Shown one piece after another: positions 28,164 to 42,785 of a DNA stretch of 64,000 nucleotides. Below the pieces are notes generated by a model. The model was not told the origin of the DNA. It saw only the letters and a list, made by a program, of their open reading frames with translations, and ran no database searches. The stretch lies in assembly GCA_947040465.1 (NCBI GenBank), contig CAMRBO010000001.1:112-64111 (forward strand), read 5' to 3'. Each line of letters opens with the position of its first letter. The first letter of the stretch is position 1. Source of the DNA: an uncultured Mycoplasma sp. GTDB lineage: Bacteria > Bacillota_I > Bacilli_A > Mycoplasmatales > Metamycoplasmataceae. The translations under genes and the position numbers were made by a program.

Positions 28164-31100
28164 TTATTCTCCCTTCAATAACATTATTGGTTTTATTCTG
28201 TTTAAATTAAACCATGATAATAGAGTTGTTGCCATAAAAATCAAAAGGACAATTGATGAAGAAAACAAAACATCTGTTATACCAAGTGAAATAGATAAAG
28301 AGATAAGTGTCGCGGCATTAACAGCACTGGTAAACATACTTATAAATAGCATTGATAGCGGAATAGATAAAAGAATCGCTATTATTATAATGGGTATATA
28401 TAATGAGAAAAATAATTTTATTTTGTCTGAATTTTTATAACCTAAAATAGAAAAGATAGCAGCATTTCTTTCGTTTTCACTAATTATTAATGTAGAAATC
28501 ATAATCAAGATAGTAACCGATATCGCTAAAGATAACACAATAAGCATTGTGCTAACTGAATTGATAGAATTAGTTGTATTAGAAACAAACCCCGATTCAA
28601 TGTCTTTTGATTTAATATCTTTGAATGCCGGAGTTAATACATTATTGCTTTTATATGTTTCTGAAAATATTTCTAATGATTTGTTAACTATAATTTCATT
28701 TCCGGGTTTTATTATTTCAGACAACGGTAATGTTATTTTAAGGAAAGATTGTATTAATAATTCTATTTGATTAAATGTCAAATTGGGATTAATAATCCTT
28801 AATGTACTTGCAAATACCGAATCATTTAAACCACTTTCTTTAATCTTATAGAAAAGTTCTTTGAATATATTTATATTTGTTGCTTGTTGGTCGATTGAAA
28901 TGTTTTCTGAAATTAAATCTATTTTTTCGTTTGCTGATCAATATCCATTTTCAGAATATAAACTTAAAGAATCGGTAGCTTGTCTAGGGGAATCTTCACT
29001 AGATAATATTCCATTAAATGGAATTGCATCTTTAGGCGATTTTTGTAAGTCACTAAGATATGTAATATCATTAATAATTTTTTGTGTTGTTGTTCATTCC
29101 TCATTAATAAAAGTTTCATTAATTCCAATAATTTCGAATGTTCATGTTGTTTTCTTTGCGGGACCCATATTTAAACTTGAACCGATTTCTGAATTATTAA
29201 TTGTTGTTTTTATTGATTCTGTAAATCTGTTGGCATTATTTAATATCTCTAAATTGAGTTTTGTACCAACATTAAATCCCCTTTTGTCTTTTACAACTTG
29301 ATTTATGATAACGGGTATAGTTGACTTTGATTCATCTCAACGGACTGAAGCTAATTCAAGTAAATTATTGTTATTTTTATCCAAAATTTGAACATGAGTT
29401 GAATTTGGAGAATATCCGTTTATTGTAGGTGTATGATTTTCATCATCAGTATTTTTAGTAATTGCATAAGAAAATTTTTCATTTTTTTGATCATCAAAAA
29501 CCACACTTCCAAACGTTAGAAAGTAATCTTGAACTAACTCAGGTTCGTTGTCACCTAATTTACTGATAGGTTTATTTTTTAACTGAGATGCTTCATTATA
29601 TGCACTTACTAAAAATTCTCTATATTTGTCTCGGATATTTATTTGATTAGGATTTGAAATTCCTGTAATTATTATATCTTGATAGAAATATTCGCCCGTT
29701 GTTAGATTAATATTCCTATACACAAATTTTGATTTCTCTGGATTTTCATTATCAATTATGTATTTAAAATATGGTAACTTTGTTATTAAATCAACATCTA
29801 ATTTTCTTTCGCTATTACCACCATAATCAGTTAAGTCTTGAGTTCATTCTAATCATTTTGCAGCGTACTGAGATATCTCAATTGCGCTAGTTTTTTGAGA
29901 ATCTGGCATTGAATTAAATAGTGTATTTCAAACATTAACTTCAATTCCCCCGCTATTCACTAATAAATCAAATGAAGATTTTGTTATTATGTGTTTGTCG
30001 TCAATAGAAGGATTACCATTAGGATAATATCCAGGAACACTAGATGAATTAATAACTTCATTTGGCCCAGGTTTAAAATAATTCGCCAAATATGTTAGCC
30101 CTTCATTAGGATTACCTGTCGGTACATATAATAAATTTTCCACACTTTGCTTATCTAAAGTTGTTATCGTACCACCTTCAAAAGTAGGTGTTATTAAATC
30201 TATTTTATAATTATATTTTCTATTTTCATAAGTTTTATCAACAGCATTTCCAAATGCATTTCTTGATGAAAAAGAGAAACTCATTATAGTAACAGTGAAT
30301 AATAAGGAAATTAATAAGGCTGCTAATTTTCAAATTGAATTAAGAGCAAGGGATAATGTGAATTTAGATTTGATGTTTCTAGAGTGAAATTTTTGTTTAA
30401 TCATTTCTGCTGATTTAGAAGTATTCAATTGAAAGGAACCATCCATTAATGATGTTGGTTTAACTCTTAATAAAAACAATGTAGTAATAATTGTCATCAA
30501 TATTAAACCAATTAAAGGAATTAATACCGTAACAACCAAAGAGAATAAACTAAAACTACTTGGCCCTATTGGGAGAGTCCAATATATAGAGAAAATATTC
30601 ATAACAGGCAATTGTAAAAAATGCCCTACAATATAACCTAATGTCGCTCCAAAAAACGAGACAATTAAGGCAAAGAGGCAAATAGTAATCGCTATTTGTA
30701 TCGATTTATATCCTTGGGCTTTTAAAATACCAAGCACTTTAGATCTTGATGATATATATCTCTTAATAACAAATATAGTGATTAATCCAATTAAAAGAAT
30801 CAATATACTTGATATTAATAAATTAACATTATTAATTGTTGATATTAATGTTTCTATGGTTTGGACTCTTAATGCTATTTCTGGTTTCAATGGATTGGTT
30901 TCATTATATAAATAAGCTTTTTTGTAATTCGGATTGTTCTTTTCTTCATTGCTTAAGCTATCATAATTAAATAACCCAGTTGTGGTTTCATAAATATATT
31001 TATTAATTTGGTCTCTCAAAACAATTGGCGACATACCTTCAGGAGCTATTAACAAGAAATATTTGTTAATTGTTGCATTGGCATTAGATTCTTTAACTCT

Positions 31101-34100
31101 ATCAAATCCTAAATTGTTCACATATACCAAGGCTTGTGTAGATGTATCAACTTGAATATTATTTAAATCAGTAACTGGATATAAATAATCAACAGTTGAA
31201 TCAGTTCCAATAATCAAAAATTCTAAACCATTAACATTTATTTTATATTTTTCATCTGTTTTTTTCATTAATTCTTGCATTGCAATAGAATCTTGAGGAG
31301 CAGTTTCTTTTGTCATTTGATAAACTTCTTTTTTGTTAGCCTTTAAATACGCATCATTAACCTTAGCTAAATAAGATCCGACATCTGAAATAACAATTTG
31401 GTAATCATCTACCCTAACTTCAGTGAAGGAATCCACTGCCGCCTGTAAAACTTCTGAAATATTTACACCAAATATTTCTACAATCACTCCGGTTTCTGGA
31501 TTTGTTAAAATATTTTTATTCAAATAATCTAAATAATCAATATCAAGAGATAGAGTGAACATTTCATCCATGTTAGTTGGATTGTCAATATATAACTCTT
31601 CACCAACAACTGAATCAATTACCCCTTTAAATCCATCATAATCAATCCCTACTTGACTACCACTAGAATTAAAGTTATATAATTTATCTTGAATTACATA
31701 AGCAAGATTACCAATTGAATTCTCTGAAATTGCATTTTGATTCACTGTAAACCACAACAAAGTTGAGGCATTCAGAACAGCATTAAATGGATTTAAAATT
31801 ACACTTGATATTCCTAAATTTTCTATAATTGAATTTGTTGGTCCAGACAAAGTGTTAATTGTTGTTTGTCCCAAAGTAAGCATGATCTCCGTTTTTTCTT
31901 TATCATCATTAATCAAAAACATATTTACAAAATTTTCTGTAATTAAATTCGCCTTACTTTTGTCATTTGTTTTTTCTGAAATAATTGATGATAATGCCGA
32001 AACAAGTGAAATGGTATTATTATTGGCTGTTAATGTCTCTCCTACACGATTAAAATAATAATCTATAGCACTTCTTGAAAAACCACTAGCCAATCACGTA
32101 CTAATACTCATTTTAGCAAGTTTATTAGCCGTCTCTTTAACATTAGAAAAACCATCCAAGATATCATAATTCATCAAAATATTGGGATTAAATGATTGAG
32201 ATCTTACATTTAATATTTTTCCTATTTCTGAATTTTTATCAATTGTTTTATTTACCAAAGTTTTAATTTGTAAAATTACTTGATTGACCGTTGTTATTGG
32301 GGTTTCATTAAGGTTAATTTCTGAAAGTTTCATTCAAAAAGAAAAGAAATTTAATATTTCTGTTGTCATATCACGTGATTGAAGTGGATTATTAACATTA
32401 TAAAACTGTCCATAAACCAACGAGGCAACCATGTCTAAATTATTGTTGGTATTTGGGTTAATCATATTAATAAATATATCAGCTAATGAATCAGGTTCTG
32501 TTGGATTAGGTTTGTTGCCTCCTAAAGGTCCGTTCGGACTGGTGGACGCCATATTAGGATCAAAATTTATAAATTCTGTTTGTGACATAAATTCTAGATA
32601 AATATCCACTCTTTTTTTAATATCCTCATTTTGAATACTAATATCATCAGCAAAATTAAAAATATAATCTGTTAAGTATTTACCTAAAGTTGAATTTGGA
32701 TCTAAATAATATTCTGGATCTTGAAGTGCAATTGATAATTTCTCAAGTGATGTTTGTAAATCATCTAATTCTGGTGTTGGTGATTTCAATAATGATTGCA
32801 AATCTCTTAAATCTAATTTATTGGGGTCTGATTCTGGTTGATAAACACCAACACCCAACACTCCTTGAAACGATGTTTTTGATGAAATATTAAATAATTC
32901 AATCAACGCCTTATGTAATTCGTCATCATTATCATTATTATTTCCTAAAGAACTTAATAATGAAGCGGATATTCCTGAAATGGAAATGGAATTAACTCAA
33001 TATTCTTGCAAATTATCTTCACCTGCATCAACAAAATAATTTCTCATTTTTGAATTATTTTTAATATTTGAACTAAAAGATGAAATGTCAATCAAATCAA
33101 TTATTCTATTTAAACCAACATTTATATTTGAATAATCATTTATTGACTCTGAACCATCCGCAAAATTTCCATTTAATTGATCAAGAATTGGTCCGAATAA
33201 TTCTAAAGATTCGGCATCCAAAACATTTTCCTTAATGTGTTTGATTAATTTAGCAAAATCAATTTGTGTCACTATTTGTTTCAAACCTGCTTTAAATCCT
33301 ATATTGGGAGTCAGTGCATTATCTGGATTAATATTATTCAAAAGAACCGGAAGAATATCTCCCGTTCCAAGAACTTCATATTTAGGACGTTCTACATCAT
33401 AGAATGAATCTCAAATAGTGATTATAGTTTCATCAATGTTTATAGCAAGCAATAGTGTTTTTAACCCTATCAGAACTTCTTTGGGGTCTTTTGCAAAAGC
33501 GATGATAGAATTAAGGTCAAAATCATTCCCGAACATTAATTTCAATAATTTATCAATGTTATCTATTTGACTTTTAATATAGTTGGGGTCTGGATTATTT
33601 ATTATTTTTCCTAAAATATCATCTATAAATTGGTTTCAAAAGGGTTCATCACTATTTTTTGCACCCTCATAAAAAATACCAAATAATATTTTTTGTAATT
33701 TTCTATTTTCTATTTTTGAAGGGAAAACTAAAACATCTGAAAAGCCATTTTTTGAAAATGATGTTGTCAAGGATTCTATAAATATTTTTAGATTTTTTTC
33801 TGAAATCAATGGTTGCAGAAGTGTTGTTAAAGAATTTATTAAATTATCACGGAAAACATTAAAGTTATTAGACTCATGCCAATTATCTATAATGGCAGAA
33901 CCTGGAACCAATATTTTAAAAGGTATGGAGTATTTATTTTCAAAATCTAAATTTTGCTTAGCTCAACCATTAGGCCCAACTATTGTTATTATTTTACCTG
34001 TAGATGTTATATTAGCAAAATTTAAACTTTTGGTTTCTATGAATTTTTTTAAACTGTCATCATCACCATTAAATCACGATACATTTTCTGCAACTCATAT

Positions 34101-36230
34101 AGATTTTCCATCTTTGGATTGTTCTTTTAGAACATAATATTTTCCTTTTGTTTCATTTAATCTAGGTGCTTGTTTAGTAATTCCAAAAACGTTTCCGGAA
34201 CTATCTTGCATTCTAATAATTTTAGCATTATTCATTTTAGATAATTTATTACTATGTGTATTGTATACATTTCCATATGGAGTATATTCATAATTTTCAT
34301 AAGTTATTATTGGGTTTATATAATTTTTATCAACTGACATTCCATTAAAAATAATTTCTAATATACTAAAAATATAATCTTGAGGTACTTTTGGTGATTT
34401 AATATCATCTTTTGAACTTAGTTCAAATAACAATGATTTATCACTAGATTCATTATATAATTTACCTACATTTTGTTTAACGTAAATATCGTTGTTCAAC
34501 TTTATTTCTTGATTATTATTTCCACCATTTATAAAATGGAATGTATTAGTAACTCCATCATTAATTCCCGAGACTGTCATATTTTCTCTCAAACCAATAT
34601 TTTGAATACTACCTACCAACCTTAAAATTTCTTGATACAAAGCTTGCTGAGCAAAATCTTTTGCACCATTATCAATTTGATTTATTCTTGTATTTTTAGA
34701 ATTTGAATCATTTAAAATGGTTTGAGTATTAATAGAGGAGTCACCATTTGGATTTACTAAAATGGCATCTATGCTTGCTTGAGAAATAAATCCTGATTCT
34801 CTCTCAATTCATAAAATGGAATTTGGATTTAACTGATTTATCGATGGGGCTCTTGGCTGGTTGATTTTTAAAGACTCTTTGGGTTTTAACTTCTTATTTA
34901 AATCTTGAGCAGTTATTTTTTGCGATATATAAATGGTTTCTTTTGGATCTATAATAGTTTCTCCATCTTGACCAACAATTTCAATGATTTGTGTTTTCTT
35001 TCAATATGATGTTTGTGAATAATATTTTTGTTCATCAGTATTTAGCCCAGAAATAAATTCTTTATAGTTTTTTGTTCATGATTTATTTATTTCAGATGAC
35101 GGATTCGAGAAATCATAATTTAATTTTGTATGATACCTCTCATATTCGTAACTTATTTTTTCTTTCACAAGTCAATTTTGCTGAATTATAAATTCTTGAT
35201 TTAATACAAAAAATTGATTTATCTTATCATTAATAATATTGCTAGTAATAGTATTATTATAATTTAAAGAAAATCCTTTCGGATTAATTGTAATACCTAA
35301 CGATTTCCCTAACCTTCACTTATTATTTCCGGTTGGTGCAATAAGTTCAAAAATACCTTTTTGTCCCAATGAAGTATCAACAGAATATATAGCACCACGT
35401 CCTGAAGGATCTTTTTTAAACCCGAGTAAATTTGCAACTTCGTCAGGACTTAAAGTTATTAATATTCCTTGTTTTTCTCAAGATTGTTTGAGTGATTGAG
35501 AAATTGTCGCTTCTTTTGTTTTTGCATTAAGATATATACTTTTTACATTGGTTATTTTATCATCGGTATATGATAATCAACCATCTTTCCCAGGAATTAT
35601 AGTCACCAAATCTCCAAAATTAATGTCTCTTGAATTATATTTAAATGTTTTGATTATGTCCGTTGTTTTAAAAATATAAGAAGTAGGGATAACAACTCCT
35701 GGTGATTTATATTCTTGAAACGGAGTCGGTAAAAAGTTTTCTGGTAATATTGTCCCTGTTCATGGAATATCTAGAAAACTAACAATATTATTGGTTTGAA
35801 AAAAGCGATATAAATCGGTCACTTTCAAATAGTTTTCATTTTCTACCGAACCCTTTATAGATAGTTTAGAAAGTTTAATATATCCTTCGTTTTTACTATC
35901 ATATTCTATATCTGCATCAGCAAATCTTATGGTTTTATTCGGACTAATAAAATTGAGTTCTTCAACATATTCTGTTTTTTCAGGGATTGAACCATCATCA
36001 ATATATGGTTTTGAAGGCCTGGTTCCGGTGGTTGTGATTTCTGTATCAACTGTTAAATCATGAATTTTTGAAATGGTTTTATAGTCTTCAAATTGTGATG
36101 TATAATTTGATTTGACATCATTTAAAAGGGTAAAAACTCCGGACGATAAAAAAATTAAAACTGTCAATCCTGCAATAAGAGCTTTAGTTTTAGAAAGTGA
36201 TTTTCAAATTTCTTTGAACAACTTCTTCAT
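28164..36230 (-). CDS. Giant FtsX-like ABC permease, ~2688 aa
   Basis: Ten track fragments share one frame from MKKLFKEIWKS (ATG 36230, SD AAGGA). Two FtsX-type modules (LGILKAQGY and AIFSILGY) and huge extracellular regions. Confidence 0.85.
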
Positions 36231-36272
36231 GTCAATCCTTTAATATATAATATACAATTTTATCATATAAGG

Positions 36273-36959
36273 TTATTTAAAAGAAATTAATAATCATTTT
36301 CTAGGGTAAATGTGAGGTGTAATTTTAGTTTTTACATATTTCAATAAATAATGAGTTTGAACATCAGAAGATGTTATTTCAAGGTTTATTTTGTGGATAA
36401 TTGGCTGAATAGACAACTCATTAATGATTCACTCAGAATCTTCTAATTCTTTATAAATTTTAGGTCCTTTTAAGAATGAATACTCCGCATTTATAGAACC
36501 CACCTTAGAAGATATTTCAATTAAATTCTTTAGTGAAGTAACAGCTCTTGCCGTAATCATATCAAAGGTATTATTTTCTTGATAATCTTCTATTCTAACT
36601 TTTATAAATGATATATCAAGAGAAAGCTCCTTATCTACTTGTTGTAAAAAAACAACTCTTTTGTTGTTTGGTTCTGAAATAAATAAAGAAAAATTTCTTT
36701 TATATATCAAGAATGGAACTGATGGAAAACCAGCCCCTGCACCAATATCAAGCATTTTTTTGTTTTCGGTATTTTTGAATGATTCTTTCATCAATATTAT
36801 AGATTGATATATTCCTTCACGCCAAAGAGAATCTCCGGTAAAACCAGTCAAATTTAATATTTTATTTGTTTTTTCAATTAAATCTACATATTTAATCAAA
36901 TCATTAAAGACAATTTCATTTTGTTCAATTAATTCAAACGTTTTTTGCTTAAAAGTCAT
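36273..36959 (-). CDS. rsmG: 16S rRNA m7G527 methyltransferase
   Basis: LNLTG, LDIGAGAGFPS, TARAV and FLKG. Confidence 0.92.
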
Positions 36960-37920
36960 TTTGTTCTTTTATTTTTTCATATATTTGAGAAATTGATTTG
37001 GATTCCAATGATGCTTTAATAACAGACGAAATAAATGGAGCAAGTGAAATGATTACCAATTTTTTAGATTTAATATTAAAAACACTTTCTATAGAGTCAG
37101 AAATTAAAACTTTATCAATAAACTCTGACCTATCAAAATCTTCAAAAGATTTAGTAAATAAACCATGGGTTGCAGCTATATAAATTTTCTTAGCACCCTG
37201 TGCTTTTAATGCCTCTGCAGCCTTAAGTATTGTATTTCCTGTATCTATAATATCATCAATAATTATGATGTTTTTATCTTTGACATTTCCTAAAATTCCT
37301 AATATTTCACTCTTATTTGGTTCAGTTCGCCTTTTATCCACAATAGCTATTTTGACAGTGTGGGAAATTAATTCCGCTAGAACCCTCGCTCTAACAGCTC
37401 CTCCGTGATCTGGAGAAACAATTGAAAACTTCATAGAATTATCTTTTACCTTAAGATAGCTTGCCAAACTAATTGATCATCTTAAATCATCAACAGGTAT
37501 GTTGAAAAACCCTTGAATAGATGGATTATGTAGATCTACTGTTATTAATTTATTGACACCTGCAGTTTCTAAAATATTGGCCATAAGTCTCGCTCCAATA
37601 GGTTCTCTTGATTTTGCTTTTCTGTCTTGTCTTGAATAACCATAATATGAATTTATAACTGTGATATGTTTTGCACTAGCCCTTTTGATAGAATCTACAA
37701 ATAATAATAATTCAATAATGGACTCTGATGATGATGTGTTACAAACTACAAACACACTAGCGTTACGAACCGTTTCCAAAGAATTAATAATCATTTCTCC
37801 ATCAGCAAAAGTTGTTTTTTCAATACCCGTTAATTTTATTCCCGAAATTTCTGAAACACTTTGGGCTAATTTTTGGGAATTAGACATACCAAACAGTCTT
37901 ACATTTTTAAAATCATTCAT
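36949..37920 (-). CDS. prs: Ribose-phosphate pyrophosphokinase
   Basis: FADGE, YSRQDRK, VDLH, SPDHGG and DDIIDTG. Confidence 0.96.
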
Positions 37921-37982
37921 TTCTTCTCCTTCTTGTTAATTATTAATTTTAAATAAAAAAGCAAACACTAAATGTTCACTTT

Positions 37983-38645
37983 TTAAATATCGAATAATAT
38001 TGTTTGTTTTTTCTTTAATGAATCTGTTAAAAAATCTTCATTTTTTTTCAAAGATTTTTCCCAATCAGAAAATAAAAATGATTTAAAATCTTTTAAAAAA
38101 TTTCTCTCTATAAATCTTATTACTTCTTTTCTTCCTAATTCAATATCTGTCTCATAAATAGTTGCGTCTTTATCTCCTAAAGTAGTTAATGCAGAAATTG
38201 TGGTTATATAAAAATTATCTAACTTTACTAAAAAATTATATTTAACATAAGTGTGAAATCAGTTTTCAAATAAAGCATTAGTATTTTTTACTATTCTAGA
38301 AAATGAATCACTTTGTCCTAATTGATTTTTATAATAAACAGCAAAGTAAGCAACTTGCTTAATTGTCAAATCTCTAGCATCATTAAAAATTTTTTCCTGA
38401 ATTGTTAAAGTGCCATCTAAAAATATTGAACCTTCAGCATTTTTAATAATTTTTGTAAATAATTTTTTATTTTCAAAACTATCTCTCAAATATCTAATTT
38501 CTCCAATTTTTAACATGGATTTATTAGAAAGATCTAAAATTGTTGTTTCTTTAAATTCTTGAGTTTTTTTAACATCATTAATCAATATGTCATATTCTCC
38601 CAAATTTATAACGGTCGTTTTTTGATTTTTAATATTAATTGACAT
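37983..38645 (-). CDS. Hypothetical protein, 220 aa
   Basis: Open code-4 frame with an AAGGA SD. No motif I can assign confidently. Confidence 0.7.
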
Positions 38646-38724
38646 AAAATGATTCCTTTTAGGTATGTTTTAAAATAATTATATTACAAATTTTAAAATA
38701 ATTATAAGTTTTGTTTATATTGAA

Positions 38725-39510
38725 TTATTGAAAATATTTAAAAAGTGCCTTATATTCTTCTAAAGTTAAAATTTGTGGCCTGATATCTTCATTTAAATTA
38801 TTGGCAATGTAAAACGACTTAACTTTATCTGCATCAAAATTTTTTTGAACCTTCAAATTATTAATGAGAGTTTTTCTCCTCATTGCAAAACACATCTTTA
38901 TAAAAAATAAAAAATCTTCTTCTTCAATATTCCATTTTTGATTTTTCATCTTTAAATGTATTATGGATGAAGTCACTTTGGGAGCAGGATAAAATGATTT
39001 AGGACTTATGTCAAATAATTTTTTAGCCTCAGCAAAATTAGCTGTACTAATGCTTAATTTTCCATAATTTGTTGTTCCTGGTTTTGCACTTATTCTTTCA
39101 GCTACTTCTTTCTGAACCATTAAAATAACATCATCAAAATTTTCCGCATTTTCAAAAATCTTGAACAATATAGGTGTGGTTATATTATAAGGAATATTGG
39201 ATACAATAGTATAACCCTTATATTTTGACAAATCAATTTTTAAAAAATCCTCATTGACTAAAATGAATTTTTTATTTTTTATTTCTTCTTGGAATTCTTC
39301 TTCAAGAAATGCCGATAAATTATAATCTACTTCAAAGGCAACTAATTGATTTGCTTTTTCTAAAAGTAATTTTGTGAGAGCGCCTTTTCCAGGGCCTATT
39401 TCTATAATGTTTTTATTTTTCAAATCAATAGCAGAAACTATTCTATTTAAAACTGTTTGATCATGCAAAAAATTTTGTCCAAACCTTTTCATTGCATATT
39501 TTTTATTCAT
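38725..39510 (-). CDS. rsmA: 16S rRNA dimethyladenosine transferase
   Basis: FGQNFL, EIGPGKG, SNIPYNI and MVQKEVA. Confidence 0.96.
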   Translation of the reverse strand: MNKKYAMKRFGQNFLHDQTVLNRIVSAIDLKNKNIIEIGPGKGALTKLLLEKANQLVAFEVDYNLSAFLEEEFQEEIKNKKFILVNEDFLKIDLSKYKGYTIVSNIPYNITTPILFKIFENAENFDDVILMVQKEVAERISAKPGTTNYGKLSISTANFAEAKKLFDISPKSFYPAPKVTSSIIHLKMKNQKWNIEEEDFLFFIKMCFAMRRKTLINNLKVQKNFDADKVKSFYIANNLNEDIRPQILTLEEYKALFKYFQ

Positions 39511-40288
39511 GTTGTTCCTTTTTTAATTTAAAAATTAAATCAATATTTTTATTAACTTGTTCATTTAATTGTTCTACGCTTATTTCTTTTATTTTTGATA
39601 TATATTGTGCTGTGTATATCGAATGGTGCGGTTTATTGACTTGACCCCTCATTGGGACAGGACTTAAATATGGAGTGTCTGTTTCATAAAACATTCTGTT
39701 AATAGGAGTTATTTTGACAGCCTCTTGAACATCTTTTGCATTTTTAAATGTTACAACTCCTGAAAAAGATAAATAAGCGCCTATACTCAAAAACTTGTCA
39801 ACTCAATCAGGTCCTGAAGAGTAAGAGTGAATCACTATTTTAAAGTGATCATATTTTTCTTTATATTCTTTCAAAATATCAAAAGTTGCTAAAGTTGCAT
39901 CTCTGGTATGAATAATGACAGGAACATTATACTCAATAGCTAATTCTATTTGGTATCTAAAAAACTTTTCTTGTTCAATCATAGATGGAGAATCATCATA
40001 GTGAAAATCAAATCCAATTTCCCCAATTCCAACAATTGAATCATCCATTAATTCTCTCAACTTAATAAGATCTTCAGGATTATTAGAACCGGTCGGATGT
40101 ATACCAATAACAGGAAAAGTATAATTGTATTTTGCAGTTAATTCTTTAACTTCTTTCGAGTCTTCTAAAGATGTGCCAACTATGAACATTCTTTTAACTC
40201 CAGCTTCAAAAGACTCTTCAATAATTTTTTCAGGAAATTCAAAATATTCTTTAAATGGGTGTGCGTGTAAATCAATATATTTTTTCAT
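39503..40288 (-). CDS. tatD: TatD family nuclease
   Basis: IDLHAH, GIHP, GEIGFD, IHTR and ETDTPYL. Confidence 0.94.
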
Positions 40289-40289
40289 A

Positions 40290-41621
40290 TTATTTCCCCA
40301 AACAAAAATTTTTAAAAATACTATCTAATAAATCTTCTTTGTTAATTTCTCCTATTATTGATTTTATATTTTCCCAAGCTGATACAAAATCAACAATAAC
40401 AACATCAAATCCCATGTCATTATTAATGGCTTCTAATGCATCATTTAATGAATTTTTTCCCTTTTTCAACAAAGCTGTTTGTCTGCTATTAAAAAATAAA
40501 GATGAATCAATATTCGAATTTTTAAAGTGATTCTGGAAGGCTTCTTCTAATTGAGAAATTTCTTTGTTTTTTGCTGAAATTATTATTTTGCTTTTATCTT
40601 TGCTTGGTTGTCTTGTTTCTGATAAATCTATTTTATTAAATACTTTAAAATAAATTTTATTTTTAGCCAATAGCGTAATATCTTTATCAATTTGGGATTC
40701 TGGTTTATTAACATCAATGACGTGCAAAATTATTGATGAGTTTTCTATTTCTTTAAAAGATTTTTCAATACCCATTCTTTCAATAACATCTTCAGATCCT
40801 CTAATTCCGGCTGTGTCTTTGAATTTTAAAATTATATTATTCAATATAATTTCTCCCTCAACAACATCTCTTGTGGTTCCGGCAATGCTAGTTACTATAG
40901 ATTTTTCTTCATTTAATATAGTGTTCATTAACTCACTTTTACCAACATTAGGCAAACCAACAATGGCGACTGATTGTGGCGTAATAAATATTTGGTTCTC
41001 TTCTGATACTTTAATAATTCTGTCAATTTTAATAATTAATTCATTAATTATTTTAACTAATTTTCCTTGGTCCATTTGTTCCACATCATCATATTCTGGA
41101 TAATCAATATTGACTTCGCAAATTCCTATAACATTTTCTATTTCTTTGATTAAATCTAAAATTAATTTTGATGATTTATTATTAAATTTTTGAACAGCTA
41201 TTTTGGTTTGCAATTTTGTCTTAGCGTGAATTAAGTCGTTTATAGCTTCCGCTTTTATTAAATCTAATTTTCCATTTAAAAAAGCCCTTCTAGAAAACTC
41301 TCCTTGCGTAGCATATCTGGCACCTTCACTAACAATCAACTCTAAAAGAATATTTGTTATCACAACGCCCCCATGAGCATTAATTTCAATTGTGTCTTCA
41401 CCGACAAAATTATTTTTGCCTTTAAAAAAATTAACTAAAACTTCATCAATTTTATTTTTATCTCTATCAATGATATAACCAAAGGAAATTGTTTTATCCA
41501 TCCCTATTTTTCCAGTAAAAATTTTAGAAATAATAGAAAATGCATCAGGCCCGCTAATTCTAATTATTGATATGGCTTGGTTTATATTGCCCGAAGCTAT
41601 TGCAACTATTGTGTCAAACAT
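40290..41621 (-). CDS. mnmE: tRNA modification GTPase
   Basis: [28 protein letters not shown] and C-terminal FCLGK. Confidence 0.96.
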   Translation of the reverse strand: MFDTIVAIASGNINQAISIIRISGPDAFSIISKIFTGKIGMDKTISFGYIIDRDKNKIDEVLVNFFKGKNNFVGEDTIEINAHGGVVITNILLELIVSEGARYATQGEFSRRAFLNGKLDLIKAEAINDLIHAKTKLQTKIAVQKFNNKSSKLILDLIKEIENVIGICEVNIDYPEYDDVEQMDQGKLVKIINELIIKIDRIIKVSEENQIFITPQSVAIVGLPNVGKSELMNTILNEEKSIVTSIAGTTRDVVEGEIILNNIILKFKDTAGIRGSEDVIERMGIEKSFKEIENSSIILHVIDVNKPESQIDKDITLLAKNKIYFKVFNKIDLSETRQPSKDKSKIIISAKNKEISQLEEAFQNHFKNSNIDSSLFFNSRQTALLKKGKNSLNDALEAINNDMGFDVVIVDFVSAWENIKSIIGEINKEDLLDSIFKNFCLGK

Positions 41622-41681
41622 TATTAATATTATATATATTTTAGTTTATACTTATTAATAATTATAAATAAAAGAGGTAGT

Positions 41682-42785
41682 ATGTCATTAAAGGCTGGAA
41701 TTGTTGGTTTGCCAAATGTAGGAAAAAGCACTTTGTTTTCAGGTTTAACAAAAATGAAAGTAGAATCTGCTAATTATGCTTTCACCACAATTGATCCAAA
41801 TATTAGTGTTGTCGAATTAAACGACAAAAGAATTAACTTATTGTCAGATATGGTTAAAACTAAAAAAGTAGTTAAGGCCACTTTTGAATTTGTTGATATC
41901 GCTGGATTAGTTGAAGGAGCTTCAAAAGGTGAAGGATTAGGAAATAAATTTCTCTCAAACATTAGAGAAGTAGATTTAATAGTACATGTCATTAGATGTT
42001 TTAATAACAATGATGTTTTACATGTTTCAAATTCCATTGATGCCTTAAGAGACTTTGATATAATTAATTTAGAGTTGCTTTTAGCAGATATGCAAGTAAT
42101 ATCTAATGTAAAATCAAGAATTGCCAAAAGAGCCATAAATACCGGTGATAAATTATTAATCAAAGAAATGGAAGTTATTACCAAACTCCTTGGCGCATTT
42201 GAAAACAATATCCCAGCAAGAGATTTAGAATTGGATGAAGAAGAATTAAAGATTGCCAAGCACTATCAACTATTGACGCTTAAACCCATGTTGGTTGTTG
42301 GAAATGTTGGTTCTTCTTTTGCGTCAGATCCAATTAAAGAACCAGAATTTGAAAAATTAAACAGTTTTATAAAAAACAAAAAAATGGAGATAATTGGTTT
42401 ATCAGTTGAAATTGAATCTGAAATTGCTATTTTGGATGAAGAAAGTAAGGATATGTTTTTGGAAGAATATGGATTAACAGTTTCTGGATTAGATAATTTG
42501 ATTACATCTTCATTCAAGTGATTAAATTTATGTACTTATTTTACAGTTGGAGTCCAAGAAACTAGGGCCTGAGTTTTTCAAAAAGATATGACAGCACCAC
42601 AATGTGCAGGCATTATTCATACTGACTTTGAAAAAAACTTTATTAGAGCAGAGGTTATAAATTATGACGACTTTATTCAATTTAATGGCGAAAAGGGAGC
42701 TAAAGATAATGGCAAAATGCGTCTTGAAGGGAAAACTTATCAAGTAAAAGATGGGGATATTTGTAATTTTAGAATTGGAAAATAA
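41682..42785 (+). CDS. ychF: Redox-regulated ATPase YchF
   Basis: [33 protein letters not shown] and RLEGKTY. Confidence 0.96.
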
